A stretch of DNA of 58,785 bases from Chlamydiota bacterium (GTDB lineage: Bacteria; Chlamydiota; Chlamydiia; Chlamydiales; SM23-39), in assembly GCA_031423235.1 (NCBI GenBank), contig JANPFC010000148.1, positions 1 through 58,785 of the forward strand, read 5' to 3'. Below, in pieces: positions 45,046 to 58,644 of the stretch; position 1 is the first letter of the stretch, and each line of letters begins with the position of its first letter. The translations under genes and the position numbers were made by a program. The notes below the pieces were generated by a model. It was not told where the DNA came from. It did no database searches and worked only from the letters and a program-made list of their open reading frames with translations.

Positions 45046-45086
45046 AAATTTTGCTTATGAACTTATCGCAATAAAATGTCTCGTTC

Positions 45087-46040
45087 TTAAATAAAAATCC
45101 CATCATAGAGTTTGAGTTTTTGATTGAGTTCGTCCCATTCTTCTTCAGGATCTGAACCTTCGACAATCCCGGTTCCGGAATAGAGAGTGGCTGTTTTTCC
45201 TTTGATAAGACATGAGCGGATACCTACGATCCATTCTGATGCCTCCGGCGTACTCCATCCGAAGGCTCCCCCATAAAGCCCCCGCTCGAATGGCTCGAGT
45301 TCGCGAATAACCGAATAAGCCTTGTCCTTTGGCGTTCCACAAAGGGCTGGCGTTGGATGGAGGCTCTGCAGGATCTCTTCATCTGTTGCAACTGCTTTCA
45401 GTTTTCCCGAACACTTGCTGTATAGATGCTGCACATTTTGTGTCTGATGAATCGAAATGGGGGTGAATGTGGGTGATGCTATGCAGAGAGGAGAGAGGGC
45501 GTTTTTGAGGTAGACTTGGACGGGGGAAAATTCTCGGAGGTCTTTTTCGCTTGATAGTAGTTGAGCGGCAAGGGATTCGTCCTCCGCTTTAGTTTTCCCT
45601 CTCTTGCGGGTACCGGCAATCGCTTCGCTGAGGATTTCCCGGCGATTCCGGACAAATAGTCGTTCAGGCGTGGCCCCAAGAAAAGCCTCGGTTTCTGATT
45701 GAACGCAGAAGACAAATGCTCCTTGAGCTTTGGCTTTTAGTGCGGCGGCTATCGCGAACGGATTGGGTACAGTCTCAAGTTCGAGCGTGCAGGTACGGGC
45801 CAAAACAACTTTCTCCAACTCTTTCCGCCGGATCAATTCGAGGGCTTTTTCAACGCCATGAATCCACATTTCGCGCGTTGGCAGATAGGTCCTCTTGAGA
45901 ACTTTTACAGATTGAGGAGGCGGTAATTTGGTTTGCTGCGTGGAAAATGTTAGGTCTTTCCCCGTAGAAAAGGGTCTAATGTGAAAGGTGCAATGGGGGG
46001 GAGGGAGCTTCCCTTCCCGATCGGACCAGAAAAATTTCAA
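45087..46040 (-). CDS. menF: Isochorismate synthase
   Basis: KVVLAR, FLGATPERL, EAIAGT..RG, LHPTPALCG.P, RGLYGG, IRS, G.GIV.GS...EW.E; TTG start overlapping the menG stop. Confidence 0.93.
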   Translation of the reverse strand: MKFFWSDREGKLPPPHCTFHIRPFSTGKDLTFSTQQTKLPPPQSVKVLKRTYLPTREMWIHGVEKALELIRRKELEKVVLARTCTLELETVPNPFAIAAALKAKAQGAFVFCVQSETEAFLGATPERLFVRNRREILSEAIAGTRKRGKTKAEDESLAAQLLSSEKDLREFSPVQVYLKNALSPLCIASPTFTPISIHQTQNVQHLYSKCSGKLKAVATDEEILQSLHPTPALCGTPKDKAYSVIRELEPFERGLYGGAFGWSTPEASEWIVGIRSCLIKGKTATLYSGTGIVEGSDPEEEWDELNQKLKLYDGIFI

Positions 46041-46726
46041 CTCTTTTCTCCGACATAGAGTGTGACACTGCCAAGATTCATCGGGATCTCGCGGATACGG
46101 GTAAAACCTGCTTCTTTCATGAGAATGCAAAAGTCTTTTCCAGATGGGAAATGTTCAATGGTCTGGTTGAGATACTTGTAGGCTGAGTAGTTCTTCGAAA
46201 TCAGACCTGCGATACGGGGGAGTATGTGTCTGAGATAGAAGAGGAAAAAGCCGCGGATCGGTTTTGGCGGGAGAGAAAATTCTAAAATCAGGCATCGCCC
46301 TTTGGTCTTCAAAACGCGGTGGATCTCTTTGAGCGAGCGGGTGGGGTCGGTCACGTTCCGAATACCAAATGAAAATGTAGCCGCATCAAAACTCATGGGC
46401 TTGAAAGGGAGTTTCTCTGCATCGGCGCGGATAAATTCCATTTTGCTCGGGATTTTCCTCTTTGCGATTTCGAGCATTTCAAGCGAGAGGTCAATTCCGG
46501 TAATTGATTGAATGGAGGCTTGACTTTTGATGATGGCTAGAGCTTGATCGCCTGTTCCAGTTGCTAAATCGAGTATTTTTAGATTTTTGTGAGGGGGAAG
46601 AAACTTTGCGACTTTTTTTCGCCACCTTTGATCCATTCCAAAAGATACGATTCGATTTGTTTTATCGTATGTCGGAGATATCCGGTCGAACATTTTCCAG
46701 ACATCTTCACGTGATGGATCGGTCAT
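46037..46726 (-). CDS. menG: Demethylmenaquinone methyltransferase (UbiE/MenG)
   Basis: MFDRI..TYD..N..SFG.D..WR, LDLATGTGD, FGIRNV, ILEFS, AY.YL. Confidence 0.95.
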   Translation of the reverse strand: MTDPSREDVWKMFDRISPTYDKTNRIVSFGMDQRWRKKVAKFLPPHKNLKILDLATGTGDQALAIIKSQASIQSITGIDLSLEMLEIAKRKIPSKMEFIRADAEKLPFKPMSFDAATFSFGIRNVTDPTRSLKEIHRVLKTKGRCLILEFSLPPKPIRGFFLFYLRHILPRIAGLISKNYSAYKYLNQTIEHFPSGKDFCILMKEAGFTRIREIPMNLGSVTLYVGEKS

Positions 46727-46907
46727 TGAATTTCCTTAGGTAGCGCTCAGTTTTATCACAATCAGAGTGCGGTTGTAAACGCTCTTTTTCCTGTACCCCA
46801 TTTTAGGGATGTATGGTTCTGAATTGATAATAATAATTTTAATTGTATGTATTAATATTATGTTAATATTAATTAGTTATAATATTCGCAATCTTAATGG
46901 AGTTAAT

Positions 46908-48353
46908 ATGTCTGTGATTTCTGGAATAAGGGTATTAGACCCCAAAGTGCGCGAAACATTTCGTGCTCAATCACCTAGGTCTTGCATGGCTACTTTGGGG
47001 AAGATAGTATTTGCCCCCTTAACCATCGCTAAGAGTGCATTTCATTTAGGTAGAACTGTACTTCAAACTGTTTTCCAGCCCTATATTTATCATGCTTCAT
47101 CAGCTAAATTTAAACAGAAACTGGACTGCGAAAGGCTAGAAAAATCTCGAGAGGATTTGCGTCAAATTGGAGGAAGCACAGTCGCTATTCAAACAACGGA
47201 TGGGGATTGGATTGAAGCGATGTATTTTGATGTGAATGAATTTAAATCTGCGATGGTTAGCCATGGGGGCAGATTTATTGTGGATCCATCAGGAAAACAG
47301 TATCTTCGTTCGTACAGTGATGAATTGACTGAGACCCTTCGCAAGACTATGAAGCTGGAAGGGAGATTTGTTGTGGATCCTGACGTGGAGGATGATCTCG
47401 TTTTTGAAGTGGAACTTACAAAGTCAGCGCCATTAGATCCGGAAGTATCTCAAAGACAGGTAATGATTTTGACTCAAGGGAACGGTGGTATTTTTGAAAA
47501 AGATCGCGCTAGCGTCGCTGCGACCCTGCTTAAGGGGCAGAGCTGCATGGTATTCAATGTTCGAGGCACTGGCAGAAGTCACGGCAAGCCGAACGAAGAC
47601 CGGTCATATCGCGATATCGAAGCGGTATACCAATACTTGATTCATAAGGGATTCACCCCTGATCAAATGTGTGTGAATGGGTATTGTTTGGGCGCCGGCT
47701 TGGCTGTAGATCTCGCTTCCCGCCATCCTGTCAATCTTATATTGGATCGCCCATTCGCTAGGATTGGAGATGTAATGGCCGATGTGGCTCGCGATTACAT
47801 TGTTGAGCTAGTCAAATTAGATCCGGAAAATCCGAGAACTCAAATGATCGGAAATTTTACTTCAGATGCTGTTTCCTCTGTGATCGACCATTTTGTTATT
47901 AGCTATAATAACAAATCTAAATTGCCTCGAGTGAGAGGCTCAATTCTTTATGTTCATTCTGATAAAGATGAAGTGATTCCTGTCAGAAGCCGGGAGAAAA
48001 TGAAGGAGGCTCTAAAGGTTTGCCCAAATGCGACCATTCAAACTTCAGATGCATTTGAACATTGCGAGCCTTGGGATGAAGCAACTGAGCAAGTTCATCA
48101 AGATCATTCTAGACGTTACGGGATGGCCCGTCGTTATCCAAATACATCTATCCCCCCTTCACTTGCGTTGGACCGCTTATCCAGACACCCAATTTTCCGA
48201 TTAACAGATACGAAATTCAAGGCTTCCGCCCTAGTTGGGGCTGCAGCTGCAACTGGCGGGGTGCCCGCTGTTGTTACTACATCTGTAGTGCTTGGTGCTA
48301 GGGAAGGGTATAAGCGAAGAAAAGCGCTCAAAGACTCTCAAATGGGGATGTGA
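46908..48353 (+). CDS. Alpha/beta hydrolase (ABHD16-like) with Cys at the nucleophile elbow; candidate effector
   Basis: QGNGGIFE, FNVRGTG.S.G.P, GYCLG, LILDRPF, DKDEVI, FEH; GGAG RBS and AT-rich upstream region. Confidence 0.75.
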   Translation: MSVISGIRVLDPKVRETFRAQSPRSCMATLGKIVFAPLTIAKSAFHLGRTVLQTVFQPYIYHASSAKFKQKLDCERLEKSREDLRQIGGSTVAIQTTDGDWIEAMYFDVNEFKSAMVSHGGRFIVDPSGKQYLRSYSDELTETLRKTMKLEGRFVVDPDVEDDLVFEVELTKSAPLDPEVSQRQVMILTQGNGGIFEKDRASVAATLLKGQSCMVFNVRGTGRSHGKPNEDRSYRDIEAVYQYLIHKGFTPDQMCVNGYCLGAGLAVDLASRHPVNLILDRPFARIGDVMADVARDYIVELVKLDPENPRTQMIGNFTSDAVSSVIDHFVISYNNKSKLPRVRGSILYVHSDKDEVIPVRSREKMKEALKVCPNATIQTSDAFEHCEPWDEATEQVHQDHSRRYGMARRYPNTSIPPSLALDRLSRHPIFRLTDTKFKASALVGAAAATGGVPAVVTTSVVLGAREGYKRRKALKDSQMGM

Positions 48354-49728
48354 TTCTATAGCTTATAGACTTTTTGTTCGTCGATAGTTTCAGAAGCGAA
48401 GCGATTAGGAAAAACATCAATTTCCCGTGCTGGAACAGGATGGGATAGAAGTCGCAGCATCCAATAAAGATAAATCCTACAAGTAATGAGGCAAAGGTCG
48501 CGGTTTCAACTGTGATCGGGCTTGTAATTGCCGATTTTAATAGCATTCCTATGAAAAAGAGGAGGGCTGCTACAGAAATAAGCCCGGTTTCACAGGCGAG
48601 AAAAAGAAAAATATTGTGAGGCGCGGTAGAGCAAACATAGGCGCGGGTATCTTTTGGAAAATACTGGGTGGCCATTTCAGAAAATTGGGTGTAGCCAAGC
48701 CCTAAAAGCGGGTGGTCTTTAATAATCCCAAGTGCTGTAACTTGATGGAATTTCCGAATGTCATCAGAGTCTTTTGCCAAGGGAGTATAACTAATGACCC
48801 CGCCGCGTTGGAGGTATTGGTTGTAGAGTAGGGATCCAGAGAGGATAAATGCGATCGCAGCGACAGCTCCAATTTGCTGGAGCTTTTGATTTTTATAGCC
48901 CCATTTGTACGCCATGATTAAGAGCCAAATAGCTGTTGCGATCATCCAGCCAAAAAGGGCTGATCTTGAATAGGTGATGCTTAACGCAAAAAACTGAATG
49001 GGTATAGTGAGGGATAGTAGCCAATTTCTTTTTTTGGATAGCATGAGAAGAGCATAGGTAGAGATAAGAGAAAGGACCATAAAGCCGCCTAGCACATTCG
49101 CATGGGTGAATGTGCCTGATGCGCGGATAACAGCTACAGTCGGAGATGTACGGTGGATTAGCTGATCAATGAGCCAGCGGCTTCCATCGTGGATAGTGAA
49201 AATTGTCTGCTGATTGGTTTCGCCAAGGATCCGGAGGCCAAGGGGCGCCTGATTGAAGTATTGGGCAATGGCAACAAGGGTTTGAAAGAGTCCTGCTGCG
49301 ACTATCGCAATCAAGATATAGCGGGTGATTTTTGTGTCCTCTTCAACGGAAAATGCGTTTGATAGAAAAGAAAATAGGGCGATGGGGGTGAAAAGCTGCA
49401 AGAGGCGGGTATAGGGGATTGGGTAATTGAAGAATGGGGAGACGGCAATGGATAAAAGGGCGCATATAAATACAATCCAAAGGGGATTGCCGAACATCTT
49501 CTTAAGGGGAATCCGGTACCAGAAGAGCCCAATGCAGAAAAGAGCAAGGGCTATGAGATCGGAAACGTAAAAGTAGATCTTTTTTTCGTAGCTTTGCGAT
49601 ACCTCGAGCCCTTGCGGGATCAGAGTGAGCGAATAAAACCGAAAAAGCTTATCGTATTTATGCTCAATCGGTATCGCAAAGGCTAAAAGGACTAGTAGTC
49701 CAATGGAAATCAGTAACTTTTTAGGCAT
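48328..49728 (-). CDS. O-antigen ligase (WaaL/Wzy_C) family membrane protein
   Basis: RASGTFTHAN, TYSRSA, HPLLGLG, HNIFL...E.G; multiple TMs. Confidence 0.88.
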   Translation of the reverse strand: MPKKLLISIGLLVLLAFAIPIEHKYDKLFRFYSLTLIPQGLEVSQSYEKKIYFYVSDLIALALFCIGLFWYRIPLKKMFGNPLWIVFICALLSIAVSPFFNYPIPYTRLLQLFTPIALFSFLSNAFSVEEDTKITRYILIAIVAAGLFQTLVAIAQYFNQAPLGLRILGETNQQTIFTIHDGSRWLIDQLIHRTSPTVAVIRASGTFTHANVLGGFMVLSLISTYALLMLSKKRNWLLSLTIPIQFFALSITYSRSALFGWMIATAIWLLIMAYKWGYKNQKLQQIGAVAAIAFILSGSLLYNQYLQRGGVISYTPLAKDSDDIRKFHQVTALGIIKDHPLLGLGYTQFSEMATQYFPKDTRAYVCSTAPHNIFLFLACETGLISVAALLFFIGMLLKSAITSPITVETATFASLLVGFIFIGCCDFYPILFQHGKLMFFLIASLLKLSTNKKSISYRITSPFESL

Positions 49729-49729
49729 C

Positions 49730-51544
49730 TCAACGAGAGTGCCGTTTCCTGTCCATTTCCGTCAAATATACTTTTCTTAAACGGATAAAATTCGGCGTCA
49801 CTTCCACTAGCTCGTCATCAGCGATATAGTCAATCGCCTGTTCGAGGGTGAATTTGCGCGGAGGAGTGAGGATGATGTTCTCATCGCTTCCTGCAGCGCG
49901 GACGTTTGTGAGCTGCTTCGATTTAGTTGCATTCACAACCATATCGTTATCGCGTGTGTGCTCTCCGACAATCATCCCTTCGTAAACTTCATCGCCTGGC
50001 TTCACAAAGAGTGAGCCACGCTCTTGAAGGTTGAAGAGTCCGTAGCCGTTCGCTTTTCCGCCGCTATTGGAGATGAGAACTCCACGTGCACGTCCAGCCA
50101 TCTCGCCTTTCCAAGGGGCAAAGACTTCGAAGATAGATGTGAGGACGCCAAGACCTGATGTGCGAGTGAGGAAGTCGTTCCGGTAGCCCATGAGGCCTCT
50201 TGTCGGGACGAGGAATTGCATGGTGGTTAAGCCGTGCTCCGATGTCTCGAGAGAGCGCATTTCTCCCTTGCGGCGGGAAAGGTCATCAATCACTGTTCCA
50301 GAGAAATTCTCGGGAACTTCGACGTGGACCCTCTCCATAGGTTCCATCAGAACGCCATCAACGGTTTTCGTGATCACTTTCGGTTTGGAAATAGCAACTT
50401 CATACCCTTCGCGGCGCATCGCTTCAATCAGGACGGCAAGGTGGAGTTCGCCTCGTCCGCAAACGCGGATGGCGTCGTCGCGGTCTGCGATCTCTTCGAT
50501 CTTCAGAGAAATATTGGCCCGCTTTTCCTTCATGAGGCGCTCGCGGAGCTTGTTCATCGTTACGTGCTTACCGTCTTTGCCGACAAATGGGCTCGTATTG
50601 ATGGAGAATTCGACGGACACAGTCGGTTCAGCAAGGGTGATAGGAGGCAATTGGTGGATTTCAGTTGGATCGCAGAGCGTGTCGCCGATCTCAATGTCAG
50701 GAATGCCTGAGAGGACAACGATATCGCCTGCGCCTGCATCGTTGATCTCAACTTCTTTCAGTCCAAGGTGGCCTTCAATACGGATGATTTTATGGGTCGT
50801 ATGGTTCCCGTTTCGGTCGACTCGTGTGACCATGTCGTTTTTCTTGATGGTCCCTTCCAAAATCCGTCCGCAAGCTTGACGGCCTACGTAGTCGTCGTAG
50901 CTAAGTGTAGCTGCCTGCATAAGAAATGGGAGCGTGACGTTTCCTGCTGGGGCTGGGGCCTTGCTAAGGATCATCTCAAAGAGGGGGGTTAGGTCTTTTG
51001 GCTCGTCTCCGATTTTGTCGATTGCATAGCCGTTGAAGCCCGATGCATAAATATAGGAGAAGTCGAGCTGTTCGTCATTCGCGCCGAGTTCGAGGAAGAG
51101 GTCGAAAGTGAGGTTGAGGGCTCGATCTGGGTTTGCGTGGGGACGGTCGATCTTGTTCAATACGACGATTGGCCTTAAACCCATTTTGAGGGCTTGCGAA
51201 AGGACGAATCGGGTCTGCGGCATAGGACCTTCTTGGGCGTCGATGAGGAGAAGGACGCAGTTGACCATACCCAATACTCGCTCTACCTCGCCAGAAAAGT
51301 CAGCGTGGCCAGGGGTGTCGATGATATTGATCTTGTAATCTTTATAATTGACGCAGGTGTGCTTGGCAAATATCGTGATGCCCCGCTCTTTTTCCTGGTC
51401 GTAGCTGTCCATGACCCTCTCAGGGATCTTTTCATGTTCGCGGAAAATGTGGCCTTGTTTTAAAAGGTTATCGAGAAGGGTTGTCTTCCCGTGGTCAATG
51501 TGAGCGATGATCGCGATATTGCGTATTTTTTCTGGGTCGTGCAT
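49730..51544 (-). CDS. typA: Translational GTPase TypA/BipA
   Basis: [47 protein letters not shown]. Confidence 0.98.
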   Translation of the reverse strand: MHDPEKIRNIAIIAHIDHGKTTLLDNLLKQGHIFREHEKIPERVMDSYDQEKERGITIFAKHTCVNYKDYKINIIDTPGHADFSGEVERVLGMVNCVLLLIDAQEGPMPQTRFVLSQALKMGLRPIVVLNKIDRPHANPDRALNLTFDLFLELGANDEQLDFSYIYASGFNGYAIDKIGDEPKDLTPLFEMILSKAPAPAGNVTLPFLMQAATLSYDDYVGRQACGRILEGTIKKNDMVTRVDRNGNHTTHKIIRIEGHLGLKEVEINDAGAGDIVVLSGIPDIEIGDTLCDPTEIHQLPPITLAEPTVSVEFSINTSPFVGKDGKHVTMNKLRERLMKEKRANISLKIEEIADRDDAIRVCGRGELHLAVLIEAMRREGYEVAISKPKVITKTVDGVLMEPMERVHVEVPENFSGTVIDDLSRRKGEMRSLETSEHGLTTMQFLVPTRGLMGYRNDFLTRTSGLGVLTSIFEVFAPWKGEMAGRARGVLISNSGGKANGYGLFNLQERGSLFVKPGDEVYEGMIVGEHTRDNDMVVNATKSKQLTNVRAAGSDENIILTPPRKFTLEQAIDYIADDELVEVTPNFIRLRKVYLTEMDRKRHSR

Positions 51545-51634
51545 ATGGGAGTCAATCTTAAAGAATATAGCATTTAATTTCTAGAGATAAATGGATGAAT
51601 GGGCTACACTTTGGGCCACTAAATTAGGGCTAAT

Positions 51635-53059
51635 ATGGACGAGCAGGAATCCGAATCCCAGACTGGCCGCATCGACGATCTGCTGAAAGAAAAATTGGAA
51701 AAAGCTTTCCATACGCAGACATCCAAAGTCCGTTTGCACGATATTGCCAAAATCGCTTGCGAACACTCTCCGATCGACCTTGCCTACGCTGCCAGCCACC
51801 TCCCCCCCAATGTCCGTCCTGTCCTCTATGAGAATCTCCCGAATAGGGATGACAAGATCAAATTTTTAGTCAACACAGACAGCGACACCCGCCTGGCCCT
51901 TTTCCGCCAGCTCGACGATGTGGAATTGAAGAAAATTTTCGAGCGGATGCCGACTGATGAAGCGGTATGGGTCGTCGACGATATGCCGGAGCGGAGATTC
52001 CGCAGGCTGATGGATCTGATCGACTCCAAAAAAGCGAACCGGATTCGGGAGCTGAAAAAGCACGACCGGAAGAGCGCCGGAAGACTCATGACCTCCGAAT
52101 TCTTCGCTTTCAAGATGGACATGACGATCGGCGAGGCGGCAGCTTACATACGGGACAACCCCCGTATTGATTTTACTAAGGGTATCTTTATTTTAAATCA
52201 TACCGGCGAGCTTCAGGGCTTTGTCCCCGCCCGGAATATGATGATCAATCCCCACACGACCCCTCTAAGGCAGGTCATGCGTCCAGTTCTCCATAAAGTG
52301 ACTGTAGATGCGACCCGCGAAGAGGTGATCGACATTGTAGAGCGTTATAAAATTTCCTCACTTCCCGTCGTCGATATCGATAACGAGCTCATAGGGGTTG
52401 TTTCCCACGAGGATATCGTTGAGGCGATGGAAGATCTGGCGGATGAGACGATTGCCCGGATGGCGGGTACCAACGAAAAATTCACCTCCCACGATCCTAT
52501 CCTCCGTAGATTTCTGACCCGGGCTCCCTGGCTCCTGGTGACCCTTTTAGCTGGACTTATTAATGTCGGCGTTATGTCCTCCTTTCAGAAGCATGAAGGG
52601 GGCTTTTTGACCTTTGCCCTGTTTTTCGTCCCCCTTATTACGGGTATGTCTGGAAATATAGGTCTGCAGTGCAGTACGGTTCTTGTCCGAATTATGGCGG
52701 TCGGCGGTCTTTCGGGCGGCAGCCGCAAAGATATCATTGTGAAAGAACTCCTCAGCGGCCTCTTTACTGGATCGATCTTCGGCGTTGGATGCGGAATCAT
52801 CGTCTATTTCCTCGATTTCATCAGCGGCAATGCTCTCGGCTCAACAACTCCTGGCGCCGTTTCAGCTATTGTCAGCATTGGACTTATCGGCGGATGCTTT
52901 GCTGGAACGTTTCTTGGTGTATTTTCTCCTTTATTCTTCTCGCGAATCGGCGTTGATCCAGCAATTGCTGCAGGTCCAATCGTCACTGCGTTCAACGATT
53001 TTCTTTCGATGACCATCTATTTTGTCATCGCTTGGGGTGTTAGTAATTTTTTCTTTTAA
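51635..53059 (+). CDS. mgtE: Magnesium transporter MgtE
   Basis: AGRLMT CBS pair, RAPWL, FVPLI.GMSGN.G.Q, DPAIAAGPIVT..ND. Confidence 0.95.
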   Translation: MDEQESESQTGRIDDLLKEKLEKAFHTQTSKVRLHDIAKIACEHSPIDLAYAASHLPPNVRPVLYENLPNRDDKIKFLVNTDSDTRLALFRQLDDVELKKIFERMPTDEAVWVVDDMPERRFRRLMDLIDSKKANRIRELKKHDRKSAGRLMTSEFFAFKMDMTIGEAAAYIRDNPRIDFTKGIFILNHTGELQGFVPARNMMINPHTTPLRQVMRPVLHKVTVDATREEVIDIVERYKISSLPVVDIDNELIGVVSHEDIVEAMEDLADETIARMAGTNEKFTSHDPILRRFLTRAPWLLVTLLAGLINVGVMSSFQKHEGGFLTFALFFVPLITGMSGNIGLQCSTVLVRIMAVGGLSGGSRKDIIVKELLSGLFTGSIFGVGCGIIVYFLDFISGNALGSTTPGAVSAIVSIGLIGGCFAGTFLGVFSPLFFSRIGVDPAIAAGPIVTAFNDFLSMTIYFVIAWGVSNFFF

Positions 53060-53111
53060 ATTCCCTTTTTTTGTCATTGAGTTTATGCCCGTTTTCGAGT
53101 ACGCTGGTTGT

Positions 53112-55921
<2,810 letters not shown>

Positions 55922-55929
55922 GGGTTTTC

Positions 55930-58401
55930 ATGTCGTATACAAAAGATGAGTCGATTGTACCGCGCAATGTCGAAGAAGAGATGAAGGAGAGTTACCTTCG
56001 TTATTCGATGTCGGTTATTATTTCACGCGCTCTTCCGGATGTGCGAGACGGCCTCAAACCGTCCCAGCGCCGCATCCTCTACGCCATGAGGCAGCTCAAT
56101 TTGACGCCTGGCGCGAAACACCGTAAATGCGCCAAGATATCGGGCGATACTTCGGGCGATTACCACCCTCACGGCGAAACGGTTATTTACCCAACGCTTG
56201 TCCGTCTTGCTCAAGACTGGGTCATGCGCTATACCCTTATCAACGGCCAGGGTAACTTTGGATCGATTGACGGAGATCCACCTGCCGCGATGCGTTATAC
56301 AGAAGCGCGCCTCACTGTGGCTGCAATGGCTCTTATGGAAGACCTCGACAAAGAAACGGTCGATATGGTCCCCAACTATGACGAGACCAAAGACGAGCCG
56401 ACTGTATTTCCAGCTAAATTCCCGAACCTCCTTTGCAACGGCTCCTCAGGGATTGCCGTGGGTATGGCGACCAATATCCCGCCTCACAACTTAGTTGAGC
56501 TGATCGATGCCACACTCCTGGTTCTAGACAACCGGAATACGACGATCGATGAGATCATGAAAGTGATGCCAGGTCCTGACTTTCCTACAGGCGGTATCAT
56601 TTGCGGATACCGCGGGATCAAAGAGGCCTACCATACAGGGCGGGGCAAACTCATGCTCCGCGCAGAAATGCGGGTCGAAGATATTGCGAACAACCGTCAG
56701 CAGATTGTCGTCGATGAAATTCCCTACAACGTCAACAAGTCTAGGCTGATTGAGCGGATCGCTGAATTGATCAACGAAAAGACGATCACGGGCCTTTCAG
56801 ACATCCGCGATGAATCGGATAAAGACGGCCTTCGTATCGTTCTTGAAATGAAACGGGGCGAACTCTCCGACGTGATCATTAACCAGCTCTATAAAAATAG
56901 CGACCTGCAGATCACTTTCGGCTGCAACATGCTTGCGCTTGACCACGGCCTTCCACGGACGATGAACGTCAAGCACTTCATGTCTGCTTGGATCGACCAC
57001 CGAATTGAAGTGATCCGCCGTAGAACTCGCTTTGAGCTTGCAAAAGCCGAAGCGCGCGCCCACATCCTTGAAGGCTACCTGAAAGCTCTCGACCACCTCG
57101 ACGAGGTTGTTAAAGTGATCCGCGCCTCATCAAGTAGAGATGCGGCACGCACCGAGTTGATGATGCGTTTCAACCTCTCTGAGAAGCAGGCGAATGCCGT
57201 TCTAGACCTCCGCCTCTATCAACTGACAGGCTTGGAAGCTGAGAAGCTCGAAGCTGAGTACAAAGATCTCCTCATGAAAATCGCCCATTTTAGAGCGGTT
57301 TTGGCCTCAGAAGAGCTCGTCCGCGGAGTGATCCGGGAAGAACTCGAAGAAGTCAAACGGGGACATAAGTCTGAGCGTAAAACCAAGATCGTTGCTGCAG
57401 AAGGGGAATTCGCAATGGAAGACCTCATTGCCGATGAGCAAGTGGTTATTGCGATCTCCAACGACGACTACATTAAGCGTATGCCGATCGACATGTTCCG
57501 CGAACAGCGCCGAGGAGGCGCCGGCGTCACGGGAATGGAGATGAAAAAAGAGACCGACATTTTGAAAAACATCTATGTCGCCTCTACGCACGATTACCTC
57601 CTCATTTTCACAACACTTGGCCGTTGCTACTGGACGAAAGTTTGGCAGATCCCTGATGCGGGCAGACGAACTAAAGGTCGTCCGATTATCAATCTCCTTG
57701 AAGACCTCAGCGAGAATGAGAAAGTGGCTGCAATTCTTAAAGTGAAGACTTTTGAAGAAGAAGGCGCATCGATCCTCCTCGCCACCAAAAATGGCGTTGT
57801 GAAGAAGACTGAGCTATCGGAATTCAGCAACCCAAGACGAAAAGGGGTATACGCCCTCAACATCGACGAAGGGGACGAGCTCATTGCTGCCCGCATGACC
57901 CATCCGGCACAGCAAATCATGCTCTTTACCCGCAACGGGATGGCTGTCCGCTTTGATGAATCGCTCGTCCGCTCCGTCGGCAGAGTGGCCCGCGGCGTAC
58001 GCGGCGTGACTCTCAGGAATGAGACTGACAAGGTTGTGAGCTGCGAAGTAGTGACTCCAGAAGAGAATATCCTCGTTGTCTGCGAAAACGGGTTTGGCAA
58101 GAGATCTAAAGTCGATGATTTCCGCCAGACTAACCGTGGCGGCGTAGGCGTCCGTTCGATCATCACTTCTGAAAGGAATGGAATGGTTGTCGGAGCTCTC
58201 AGCGTCACCGACTCTGATGGCGTACTCCTTATGTCTGCAGAAGGGCAAGCAGTCCGGATCCCGATGCGGGATGTCCGCGTTATGGGCAGGTCGACACAAG
58301 GCGTCCGTCTCGTTAATCTCAAAGACGAAGACGATCTCGTCGTCGGCGCTCAGAAGATCGAAGCAGTTGCAGAATTGCCCGAGATCAAGCCCGAATCATA
58401 A
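55930..58401 (+). CDS. gyrA: DNA gyrase subunit A
   Basis: [24 protein letters not shown], GyrA-box QRRGGAG, beta-pinwheel repeats. Confidence 0.99.
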   Translation: MSYTKDESIVPRNVEEEMKESYLRYSMSVIISRALPDVRDGLKPSQRRILYAMRQLNLTPGAKHRKCAKISGDTSGDYHPHGETVIYPTLVRLAQDWVMRYTLINGQGNFGSIDGDPPAAMRYTEARLTVAAMALMEDLDKETVDMVPNYDETKDEPTVFPAKFPNLLCNGSSGIAVGMATNIPPHNLVELIDATLLVLDNRNTTIDEIMKVMPGPDFPTGGIICGYRGIKEAYHTGRGKLMLRAEMRVEDIANNRQQIVVDEIPYNVNKSRLIERIAELINEKTITGLSDIRDESDKDGLRIVLEMKRGELSDVIINQLYKNSDLQITFGCNMLALDHGLPRTMNVKHFMSAWIDHRIEVIRRRTRFELAKAEARAHILEGYLKALDHLDEVVKVIRASSSRDAARTELMMRFNLSEKQANAVLDLRLYQLTGLEAEKLEAEYKDLLMKIAHFRAVLASEELVRGVIREELEEVKRGHKSERKTKIVAAEGEFAMEDLIADEQVVIAISNDDYIKRMPIDMFREQRRGGAGVTGMEMKKETDILKNIYVASTHDYLLIFTTLGRCYWTKVWQIPDAGRRTKGRPIINLLEDLSENEKVAAILKVKTFEEEGASILLATKNGVVKKTELSEFSNPRRKGVYALNIDEGDELIAARMTHPAQQIMLFTRNGMAVRFDESLVRSVGRVARGVRGVTLRNETDKVVSCEVVTPEENILVVCENGFGKRSKVDDFRQTNRGGVGVRSIITSERNGMVVGALSVTDSDGVLLMSAEGQAVRIPMRDVRVMGRSTQGVRLVNLKDEDDLVVGAQKIEAVAELPEIKPES

Positions 58402-58409
58402 TCTTTCCC

Positions 58410-58434
58410 GCGGGGAGGCAAACTCCCCGCTTTC
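58410..58434 (+). terminator. Intrinsic terminator after gyrA
   Basis: gcggggag-gcaaa-ctccccgc followed by tttc. Confidence 0.7.
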
Positions 58435-58489
58435 AATAAATTCTTAATCTTGATAAGTTCTCCGCTCCTCAACAACCAAGGAGTGTTTT

Positions 58490-58644
58490 ATGGCTTCAAT
58501 GACCGTTAGTTCAGCCACAGCAGCTTATGCTGGTGTTTCTCGCCAATTTCCTCAGATTGACATGTCCAATCCAGCAGATAGTTTCTTCAAATTGATCCGC
58601 ACTGGAAAATATCAAGATAGCGAAACCGAATATGGGGCAAAAAC
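58490..58644 (+). pseudogene. 5' part of a gene (Ser/Ala-rich, effector-like N-terminus) interrupted by an IS
   Basis: AAGGAG RBS and ATG at 58490; the frame runs into the IS end at 58645 and stops at 58681. Confidence 0.55.

Noticed and set aside
46741-46770. CIRCE-like tagcgctc...gagtgc
   Set aside because: Spacer is 16 nt rather than 9 and the arms are incomplete
46809-46907. Ile-rich hydrophobic leader on the hydrolase
   Set aside because: Translation of an AT-rich promoter region; a GGAG RBS supports the start at 46908
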